Assembly: GCA_046350755.1 (NCBI GenBank)
Contig: JAXLZV010000001.1
Location: 480,823-544,822 of the forward strand
Origin: Candidatus Saccharimonadota bacterium
GTDB taxonomy: Bacteria; Patescibacteriota; Saccharimonadia; CAILAD01; GCA-016700035
Direction of reading: 5' to 3'
Length of the DNA stretch: 64,000 nucleotides
In this document: piece by piece, positions 56,987 to 64,000 of the stretch
Numbering within the stretch: position 1 is the stretch's first letter
How the letters are laid out: each line of letters opens with the position of its first letter
The notes under the pieces: model-generated
What the model saw: the letters and a program-made list of their open reading frames with translations, nothing else
Database searches by the model: none
What the model was told of the DNA's origin: nothing
Translations under genes and position numbers: made by a program

Positions 56987-59900
56987 CTAGTCTCCATGCC
57001 CGATACTTGGACAATAGAGGAAGGTCGGTAGTCGATATTGATTCTCGATGCGCACGTGGAAGTGATTATCGTGATTGACGAGTGACTGCATTTTAAAGTT
57101 CACACCCTTCTGCTGCGCGTAGGTATTTGAGGCATTGATAACGTATGGATCATTAAAGAAGATATTGGTGACGATCCCGGTATCGACAAACATCTTGGCG
57201 AGTTCGAGGGTTTTTTCGCGCGAATAGCCCGGTCGCGGGATGTCAGCTACCCATTCATTGCCAACCCGTCCATCGAGGTCGACATCAACACCATTCTTAT
57301 GAGAAGCGTGCCCATCGGACGTAATTTCACCTATTTGTAAGTAGCCGTTAGGATATGTTTTTCTAAACTGCTGCGCTACTGTATAGATCATATCGATCAT
57401 CGCTTTATTGCCGCACATATCCCATTCTTGGCCAAAGCCAGTACCATTATCCCCGTCATAGATATATGAGCCGTCGACCGACCGAGGGAGCTTGTATGAG
57501 CCATTTGATTCGACCGGCCCGAGGTTGGGTGGTGAAATGAGGCCGGTGATAGTGGATCCTGTGCCCGTCCCTCCGGTCGCAGGAGCAGGACCTTCACCTG
57601 GTAGTGACGAATTGGCGTTCAGGCTGGTATCCTCTTTATCTGGATTTGATAGGTAGACCAGAGCATCGGCTTGCAGGTTGTAGAAGTGGTAGGCACCATA
57701 TCGAGTCTCGAGACTGTTGAGATTAGGGCTATTTGTGCTCTCAAACAGAGGCTTACAGTACTTGTCATACAGATCTTTTTTATCATCATCGGGGTATAGG
57801 AGATGGAAGCGACTCGGAATGAATTCCCGGTAGCAGAGCTCATAGTAGTAGAACTTCTGTAAGAGATCGGGGCGAGCCAGCTTTAAGCCTTCGATGAAGC
57901 GGGCATTTTGGACGGGGTCTATTTGACTGTAGATCTCCGGGATGCCGGCTGGATCAAGCTTGAGATTTTGGGAGTCGTATATCGAGGCGGCCATGGCGAC
58001 GCGTGATTTACCAGTCAGTAAAGCAGCAATGGTCCCCCGCTCGCCAGCTAGGTTGCGGATCGGACTAGCAACTGTTGCGATGACTGAGCCAACATTGCTG
58101 GCGACTTTTTGAGGCTTATCGGTGAAGGCAACGCGCAGACGACTCGTTAGTGAGCCGGGATTTTCTAGGTCAAACAGTCGGTAAGCCAGTCCCCGAGTTT
58201 GTTCGTCATAACTGCGAGCTAATTGAATAGATTCATCACGGGCGACAGCCTCGTTATTGGTGAGGAACTTACCACCCATGGCGAGTGATATGCCGTTCAT
58301 GTAGGCCTTCATACCGAAGTTCATGCGGTTGAAGTTTTGAGGACCATCTTCCGTGCCGGCAGTCGCAACGTTTGATTCGAGTCGGGTAGCTCGAAACAGA
58401 ATATCTTCATAGGTGAGATTATTATAGATCTGACTAATCGATTGAGATTTTTCTGGTCGAGAATAGTAATCGATGCTGGCCATCGCCTTTTTAAATATCG
58501 GATAGGCGTCATTCCAGAAGGCATTAGTGGCTTGAATCGAGGCCGGTGAGCTGTACTGACTCTTGTCTTGAGCAGCTTCACAGGGGCTCAGTCCATTTAC
58601 TGGTCGATTGACGTAGGCGAAGATTGCATCTAGCCCTTTTGTATATTGATCATCAATCTGTAATAGATTTTTGTCGCCAGTTGAATTATAGTAACCGACG
58701 ATTCTTGATACGGCATCAGGTTCGATAGCGATGCCGGTCGCTCGCCCGTCTAAGCTGTGATTGTATTCCTGCCCCGACTGCATGCCGGCAATCTTATAGA
58801 AGTCCTTATTTAGCTCATTAATATTGAGAAAACGCGCACGATTTGTATCGGCGTACGTCACTGCCTGCCAGCCAGCCACTGCTGCTGAGTTGATGCGATT
58901 CTTCACGCGAGCCCGATAGGTTTTTGTGGCTTCGGCTTCTGGCTTGAGGAGTCGATCGTAGAGATCGCAGACTGTATTGAGAGCTGCGCGCTTTGGTCGA
59001 ATCGCCAAGTCAGGATTTGGGTCATTAGCTGTCGATTCATCAGGGAGGGTTGTATAGAGTAAGAGATTTTTTGGTTCGATACCGCATTGGAGATCGTGAT
59101 TCATCTTATCGACGTCCTTATCCCAAAACTTGTCACCTTGTGGAACATAATTATTCGCGCAGTCGATAATGTCCTGACTATAGAGCCCTGCTGAGTATTT
59201 CTGCACACTTCTAGTACCGCCGAAAAATTCAAGCACTGCATCATCACTCGCTTTTACTTGTTCGGGTGTGGCTTGGCCGGCGACCTCATATTTACCACCA
59301 CGATTCCAGATGCGAGTCAGGGTTTTTTCACGCAGGGCTTTTTGAAGCTCAGAAGGTGGTTTATCGAGGTTGGCTGATTCTTCTGGCTCGGCATAGGCAT
59401 AGCGAACATTAAGATTCTTATTAACGCCATCGCGCACGAATTGGGAGCGCATCATCGCGTTGAAGATTGGGTATGAGTTGTTGATGCAGTTCGCGCGCGC
59501 CACCCCATCGAGCTCCTTACCGGGGTTAGTATTGAGTTGGATAGACTCGATGACGGAGCGTTTTTTGCCATCGACTGTTGAGACTACCTCTTTGGTCTTA
59601 ATTACACAGCGACTGTCATTTGGTAGGGTTTGGTATTTGGCCTTCTCCCAATCGATTTGCGAAAGCTTGTACTCATAAGTATCGATCGCCGGCTTCGCCG
59701 CAATGGCAGTTGCCGCAACGGCCGTCGGCGTGCCGGGCTTAACATCTACTTCGTAGGCAAGCTTACCAGCGCCACCATAGCTAATAACCGCCCCAACCAT
59801 ACCACCGATACCAGCTTTCATACCTGCCCAACCTAAGCTCAAGATGGCGCGCGGGTTATCCCAAGCGAAGAAGATAACCAGGAAGAAGATAATTATCGGC

Positions 59901-60457
59901 AGGAATGAGAGGAATATACCGAAAAAGATAATGTAGAGCCAGTAGCTTTGTTTGAATTTCTTGCCAGTTATCTTCTGAACGCCGGCCTCTACGGCATTTT
60001 TGGCCGCGACTACGGCGGTACCGATACCGGTTTTTGAAGCGGCGGCCTCGCCAACCTTGACCCCAGCTTCGAGCGCCGCTTCTCCCTTACCGTCTTCGCG
60101 AGCGGTGCGGCGGACATCATCTATCTCGCGTTTGGCGTTGAGGCCCTTTGTGGCGGATTTACCGATGGCACCACTGATCGATTTATTGGCTGCCTTAGTT
60201 GCTTCTCCACTGGTCTCATTAGCGATCTTAGTAGCTTCGCCACCTTTATTGGCAACCTTGGTAGCCTCCCCGCCTGTATTGGCGGTCTTAGTGGCTTCGC
60301 CGCCCTTACTGCTTCCGCCAGTATTGGTGGGGGTTGTACCGCCGCGGGCTTGGTCGGCGAATGATCCGCCGCTATTGGGTCCACCTGGCTTTGGCGCTTC
60401 GCGATAGTGTCGCCGTTGACCGTCCGAATGTATTGCTTCGTCCACCCTCCAGATCAT
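56987..60457 (-). CDS. VirB6-like polytopic protein (1,156 aa) with N-terminal GGEATKxAN repeats and a C-terminal LAS/M15-like zinc-peptidase domain
   Basis: Four tandem 11-aa KxGGEATKxAN repeats (DNA at about 60175-60320). TM helices YWLYIIFFGIFLSFLPIIIFFLVIFFAW and GWAGMKAGIGGMVGAVISYGG. A large extracytoplasmic region. C-terminal SDGHASHKNGVDVDLD ... NHDNHFHV (H-x6-D and H-x-H). Confidence 0.55.
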   Translation of the reverse strand: MIWRVDEAIHSDGQRRHYREAPKPGGPNSGGSFADQARGGTTPTNTGGSSKGGEATKTANTGGEATKVANKGGEATKIANETSGEATKAANKSISGAIGKSATKGLNAKREIDDVRRTAREDGKGEAALEAGVKVGEAAASKTGIGTAVVAAKNAVEAGVQKITGKKFKQSYWLYIIFFGIFLSFLPIIIFFLVIFFAWDNPRAILSLGWAGMKAGIGGMVGAVISYGGAGKLAYEVDVKPGTPTAVAATAIAAKPAIDTYEYKLSQIDWEKAKYQTLPNDSRCVIKTKEVVSTVDGKKRSVIESIQLNTNPGKELDGVARANCINNSYPIFNAMMRSQFVRDGVNKNLNVRYAYAEPEESANLDKPPSELQKALREKTLTRIWNRGGKYEVAGQATPEQVKASDDAVLEFFGGTRSVQKYSAGLYSQDIIDCANNYVPQGDKFWDKDVDKMNHDLQCGIEPKNLLLYTTLPDESTANDPNPDLAIRPKRAALNTVCDLYDRLLKPEAEATKTYRARVKNRINSAAVAGWQAVTYADTNRARFLNINELNKDFYKIAGMQSGQEYNHSLDGRATGIAIEPDAVSRIVGYYNSTGDKNLLQIDDQYTKGLDAIFAYVNRPVNGLSPCEAAQDKSQYSSPASIQATNAFWNDAYPIFKKAMASIDYYSRPEKSQSISQIYNNLTYEDILFRATRLESNVATAGTEDGPQNFNRMNFGMKAYMNGISLAMGGKFLTNNEAVARDESIQLARSYDEQTRGLAYRLFDLENPGSLTSRLRVAFTDKPQKVASNVGSVIATVASPIRNLAGERGTIAALLTGKSRVAMAASIYDSQNLKLDPAGIPEIYSQIDPVQNARFIEGLKLARPDLLQKFYYYELCYREFIPSRFHLLYPDDDKKDLYDKYCKPLFESTNSPNLNSLETRYGAYHFYNLQADALVYLSNPDKEDTSLNANSSLPGEGPAPATGGTGTGSTITGLISPPNLGPVESNGSYKLPRSVDGSYIYDGDNGTGFGQEWDMCGNKAMIDMIYTVAQQFRKTYPNGYLQIGEITSDGHASHKNGVDVDLDGRVGNEWVADIPRPGYSREKTLELAKMFVDTGIVTNIFFNDPYVINASNTYAQQKGVNFKMQSLVNHDNHFHVRIENQYRLPTFLYCPSIGHGD

Positions 60458-60460
60458 GTA

Positions 60461-62386
60461 CTAGACTCCCGGTGCCGTTCCGGACGCACCCGGTTCGTAC
60501 TGATTAGCTACCTGACTCGCATCGGCCACCCCAACAGTTCCCTGCTGGACTGCCTCCTCGGTGTTCTCAAGCCGTGATTGAGCATTTTGCATATCGCGTT
60601 CGAGTAATACCTGTGGGTTGGTGGTAATGAGCTGCTCTTCCATCGGGCTGGCAAGGATGCGGATAACAACGTGGTTTGAACCAGCAAAGAATAGCCCTTC
60701 ACCGACTGGGAACTGACTGAGGCGAGATTTTTCTTCGCTCGTTAGTTTGAAGGTTTCAGCGACGATATCGGCGGCTGATGGTGCTTGCTTGAGCAGTAGT
60801 TGCAGCGAGCTATTATTGACGACGGCTCGACCGAGTCGGTCTGACAGGAAGTCTTCTACGTCTTGTGAGATGGTGGTCAGTCCGAGGTAATACTTACGGG
60901 CACGCTTAGCAATCGAGAACATAAATGAAGCTGAGTCGGGGTGCTTCATGAGCTGCCAGGCCTCGTCGACGGCTAGGATTCGCCTGCGCTTATCAGTTTT
61001 TACGCGATTCCAGATGTAATTGAGGGTGATATACATACCGATCGGGCGTAGTTCATCCTCGAGGTCGCGGATATTAAAGACCACAAACTTATTATTTAGC
61101 TGAACATTTGACTGCTGAGAGAAGATACCTGAGAAGGTACCTTCGGTATAGCGGCGTAGCCGCGAGGCGATTTGTGGGCCGCTACCACCCATCGTGATGA
61201 GCGTGTTGTAAAGGTCACTCATAACTGGTGGCTGACTGCGGTGTGTGAGTGGGTCGTTCGTGATCCCCTTTTGGGCGTAGGTATTGATGAGGGCGAGGTC
61301 GAGATCTGATTCTTCGGCCGCCGAGAGCTCACCACACATTAGACGAATCAGGCCGTGTAGCATGATGATGTTGGCGCGCAGGGCATTATCAGCTTCTTCG
61401 GGGTCGATGACGATCGGGATGTCGAATGGATTGATGCGTGTATTGCTGGCTAGGGAGAGGTGTACGAAGCTCCCGCCGACAGCATCGCAGAGCGTGCGGT
61501 ATTCGTTTTCTGGGTCGATGATGATAACATCGGTGCCCATCATCAGCGATCGCAGGCATTCTAGTTTGACGGTAAAACTCTTACCGGCACCAGACTTAGC
61601 AAAGACCACCATATTAGCGTTTTCTAAGCTGAAACGGTCAAACAGGACGAGACCATTATTATGACGGTTGAGGCCGTAGAGGACTCCTTCATTGCGTGAT
61701 AGCTCAGCTGAGGTGAATGGGAAGCTGGTTGAGAGCGAGCCGGTATTCATATTCCGGTAGATGCCGAGCTGATCAGTACCGATCGGCAAGGTAGAGTTGA
61801 AGCCTTGCTCCATCTGAACGGTGGCAGGCTTGGTGTATACCAGGCTTGTGCCTAGAATGGACTCAATCTTCCGCTGGATAAGGTCGAGCTCCTCAACATC
61901 CTTACCATAGACTGTTAGGTAGAGGCCAAAGCGGAAGAAGCGCTCTTCACCAACTTGGAGTTTGTCGCGTAATTCTTCAGCATCGCCGATGGCTGCTTCA
62001 AGACCCGGATCACGAATCTTACCCTTTTCGGCATTGATCTGCACTGAGGCCTCGAGCTGACCAACTTTTTTCTTGAGGTTCTCGAGAACAACCCGACTTT
62101 CGACCGGCATAATATTGAGCGAGATATCGATGATCTCATCGAGATTGATAATTGGTGACAGCCAACCAGTGAAGAGAGTCCGTGGGTAGCCGTAGACGAA
62201 GAGAGTGCGGACGTAGCGCGTACCGACGATAAGATAATTATTCTCGATGGTGAATGAGCTCGGAGCAATAATGTCGCGCAGAGTTAAGATGCCTTCGCGG
62301 TAGGCCCGTTCGGCTTCCTGTTGCTGAGCCGCTGCCATATCAACAGCTGCTTGCTGAGCTGGATCGACTTTTGGTTTGCGGGCCAT
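60461..62386 (-). CDS. type IV secretion ATPase, VirB4/TraE/PrgJ-like (Gram-positive type)
   Basis: Walker A VFAKSGAGKSF (DNA at about 61567-61611) and Walker B ILAVDEAW. N-terminal pattern Y.R.LFVYGYPRTL..GWL typical of TraE/TcpF-type VirB4. 641 aa. Confidence 0.85.
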   Translation of the reverse strand: MARKPKVDPAQQAAVDMAAAQQQEAERAYREGILTLRDIIAPSSFTIENNYLIVGTRYVRTLFVYGYPRTLFTGWLSPIINLDEIIDISLNIMPVESRVVLENLKKKVGQLEASVQINAEKGKIRDPGLEAAIGDAEELRDKLQVGEERFFRFGLYLTVYGKDVEELDLIQRKIESILGTSLVYTKPATVQMEQGFNSTLPIGTDQLGIYRNMNTGSLSTSFPFTSAELSRNEGVLYGLNRHNNGLVLFDRFSLENANMVVFAKSGAGKSFTVKLECLRSLMMGTDVIIIDPENEYRTLCDAVGGSFVHLSLASNTRINPFDIPIVIDPEEADNALRANIIMLHGLIRLMCGELSAAEESDLDLALINTYAQKGITNDPLTHRSQPPVMSDLYNTLITMGGSGPQIASRLRRYTEGTFSGIFSQQSNVQLNNKFVVFNIRDLEDELRPIGMYITLNYIWNRVKTDKRRRILAVDEAWQLMKHPDSASFMFSIAKRARKYYLGLTTISQDVEDFLSDRLGRAVVNNSSLQLLLKQAPSAADIVAETFKLTSEEKSRLSQFPVGEGLFFAGSNHVVIRILASPMEEQLITTNPQVLLERDMQNAQSRLENTEEAVQQGTVGVADASQVANQYEPGASGTAPGV

Positions 62387-63351
62387 TAGACTCCCCCTCC
62401 AACTAATGGATTCTGTGGTGGGGCCGGCGGCGTTGGTGGGATTTGCTGAGGTGGTACGACTGGTGCTGGCTGGGCGGCCGTCGGTGGTGCCGACACCGGA
62501 CTCGACGCCTGGCTCCCAACGCCGTTACGCATGCCGCTGGTGTACATATCGTCTGGCTCAGGCTCAGGAGTTGCGTTATAGCTTCCATCTGGTATTGGCG
62601 GGTCATCCCCGCGCATAACAACCGGCGTAGTCATCTGATCGATGTCGACGAGATTTTGATTGACTGCTTCGTCTTGATTGTAAGCGGTGTAGAAGAGTTC
62701 GGTGATTTCCTGAGTGCTTAAGACGGCAGCTCGGATACCCATCTGAGCAAGCCCTTGCGCCACGAGGTTGGTGCGTTGAATCAGATCGCGTTTGCGCTGC
62801 TCAAACATCTCGGTTGTCTGTGTCTCATCAGAATTACTCTTAAATAAATCAGCCAGCTTAACGCCAGCGTTGTCGCGCTTCTTGCCTTTGAGCTCGAGAT
62901 AATACGGAACGACAATGTAGAACTCCTTGTTCATAATGTTGACCTGCTCGAGGAGACCGCGAATATTGTAGATGTAGTCTTCCATTAGCCCGGCAATCAA
63001 CGGATTTTCCTGGTTGGCTTGGAGGACCTCTAGGTTGTCGAGATAGTTGTCGAGCTCGAGCTTACGACTCCGGACGATGATTTGGATCGGAAAGTGGAGG
63101 CCGTTGAGAAAGCCCTGATAGGCATACTCGATAGCATCTTGCTCTTGGGGCGACTTGAGGTCGAAATTCAAGGCGCTACCGAGAATGATCATACGCAAAG
63201 AACCATCACGCATCACCACGATCCCGTCTTTAATCTCGGTAAACATCAGGTGGTTTTGCGTACTGGCACGCTGATCCTTCACGTCCTTAGGCGGCGTGAT
63301 GGATTTCGTAAATTCAGCTTGTTCGGGCGTCTGGGCAGCTTGATCTGCCAT
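62386..63351 (-). CDS. T4SS-associated protein of unknown function with a Pro-rich C-terminus, translationally coupled to virB4
   Basis: Start refined to the ATG (MADQAAQ) at 63351, which has a GGTAGGTG RBS. The track GTG at 63363 directly follows an in-frame TAG. Its stop and the virB4 start overlap as TAATG at 62384-62388. The N-terminal segment IKDGIVVMRDGSL...IVRSR is reminiscent of VirB4/TrbE N-terminal domains, but this is unverified. Confidence 0.45.
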   Translation of the reverse strand: MADQAAQTPEQAEFTKSITPPKDVKDQRASTQNHLMFTEIKDGIVVMRDGSLRMIILGSALNFDLKSPQEQDAIEYAYQGFLNGLHFPIQIIVRSRKLELDNYLDNLEVLQANQENPLIAGLMEDYIYNIRGLLEQVNIMNKEFYIVVPYYLELKGKKRDNAGVKLADLFKSNSDETQTTEMFEQRKRDLIQRTNLVAQGLAQMGIRAAVLSTQEITELFYTAYNQDEAVNQNLVDIDQMTTPVVMRGDDPPIPDGSYNATPEPEPDDMYTSGMRNGVGSQASSPVSAPPTAAQPAPVVPPQQIPPTPPAPPQNPLVGGGV

Positions 63352-63400
63352 AGGAGATAACACCTACCTTGTAATTAGTCTGTTTTAGAGACATCCATCC

Positions 63401-63423
63401 CCTGCAAGTAAATGACTTGCAGG
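63401..63423. promoter_or_regulatory. perfect 9-bp inverted repeat (CCTGCAAGT-n5-ACTTGCAGG) in the T4SS-operon upstream region
   Basis: Palindrome about 25-45 nt upstream of the first operon gene. A candidate operator. Confidence 0.4.
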
Positions 63424-63445
63424 TAGTGACGAATATATCATCATA

Positions 63446-63508
63446 CCAAAAAGAGACAGTTCACTGGAGGTATTCCACTGTCTCTTTATTTTGGTAGTTG
63501 GTTTTTTA
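63446..63508. terminator. bidirectional rho-independent terminator-like hairpin
   Basis: AAAGAGACAGT-n16-ACTGTCTCTTT is a perfect 11-bp stem. It is flanked by an AAAAA run on the low-coordinate side (read as TTTTT on the minus strand) and by the T-rich stretch ATTTTGGTAGTTGGTTTTTT on the high-coordinate side. Confidence 0.6.
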
Positions 63509-63529
63509 TAAGAACTTTTTGGTTGCGGC

Positions 63530-63991
63530 CTAGCGAACCTGTACACTTTCGCCGGCCTGTAACTGGCCGCGGCTGGCTACCTGCGCCACCTGAGCGACGC
63601 TCAAATGCGAGGCATCCATAACCTTTTTCAGTATAGCATTATCGGGTGTTGCCTGGGAGGTCTGAGCGGCGGTTTGTGGGGCTGGAACATCGGGGTTATT
63701 GAGCTGCTCCGTCATCTGTTGGCGAGCTTGTTCACGAATATCATGCTCGACGTTTTGGAGCATCTCCCCTACCCGCTGAGCTTGGGGAGCATTTTCGGCT
63801 TGAGCGATGACATCATCGCTGACTTGCATATCCTCGGCAGGCAGGATGGTTTTGGTAAGTTCGTCGGGCGTGAAGACACGTTCTGAAAATTGTGCCGCCC
63901 GATTCGTCTCGTCTGGGAGTTGAATCGACTCTGGCTTGGCATGGCCACGAGTATCGACGACGAGTGAGATCTGCTGGAGACGGCTGCGCAC
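63530..63991 (-). CDS. hypothetical acidic/Gln-rich protein, probably N-terminally incomplete at the window edge
   Basis: The reading frame stays open to the window edge (codons LDH precede the track's GTG). No recognisable domain. Confidence 0.3.
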   Translation of the reverse strand: MRSRLQQISLVVDTRGHAKPESIQLPDETNRAAQFSERVFTPDELTKTILPAEDMQVSDDVIAQAENAPQAQRVGEMLQNVEHDIREQARQQMTEQLNNPDVPAPQTAAQTSQATPDNAILKKVMDASHLSVAQVAQVASRGQLQAGESVQVR

Positions 63992-64000
63992 GTGGTCTAA

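Noticed and set aside
60175-60320. Tandem 33-nt repeats considered as a possible CRISPR or mini-satellite
   Set aside because: They are in frame within the 1,156-aa ORF, encode KxGGEATKxAN peptide repeats, and have no spacers of unique sequence. They are coding tandem repeats, not a CRISPR array.
53762-63991. Calling the T4SS-like cluster an integrative conjugative element or prophage
   Set aside because: No integrase, relaxase, VirD4, att-like direct repeats or phage structural genes are visible within the window. It is reported as a secretion-like operon only.

Overview
This 64-kb window reads as a compact bacterial chromosome segment with tightly packed, often translationally coupled genes, AGGAG-type ribosome-binding sites and many small membrane proteins. 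The style is consistent with a reduced-genome, Gram-positive-like or Patescibacteria/Saccharibacteria-like organism, but that is inference only. The window spans the replication-origin neighbourhood: rpmH-rnpA-yidD-yidC-jag on the minus strand, then dnaA-dnaN-recF-DUF721(DciA-like) on the plus strand, with DnaA-box clusters on both sides of dnaA and no gyrB after recF. Other recognisable content includes a cell-envelope glycan module (Wzm/Wzt-like ABC exporter, GDP-fucose synthase, RmlA, a GT-C and two GT4 glycosyltransferases), central metabolism (glycerate 2-kinase, enolase, D-2-hydroxyacid dehydrogenase), transporters (MFS, SulP, an ABC-2 pair), a trehalase, a PIF1-family helicase, a stand-alone class III nucleotidyl cyclase, one tRNA-Asn, and a cell-wall-remodelling pair (LGFP/NlpC-P60 and VanW). 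Two things stand out. The first is a single 9.3-kb gene for a roughly 3,095-aa protein that joins NHL beta-propellers, fibronectin-III domains and very long GLUG-type beta-helical repeats to a C-terminal transmembrane histidine-kinase module, with no response regulator next to it. The second is a minus-strand operon at the 3' end encoding a Gram-positive-style type IV secretion-like apparatus directly beside recF-dciA. That operon contains a TraE-like VirB4 ATPase, a 1,156-aa polytopic VirB6-like protein with a C-terminal LAS/M15-like peptidase, a triple-domain SGNH-SLT-M23 peptidoglycan hydrolase and several accessory proteins. No relaxase, VirD4 or integrase is visible in the window. There are no rRNA genes, no CRISPR array and no recognisable transposon. 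Coordinates follow the supplied ORF track and the displayed numbering; where I refined a start codon I say so, and small offsets of 1-2 nt are possible.
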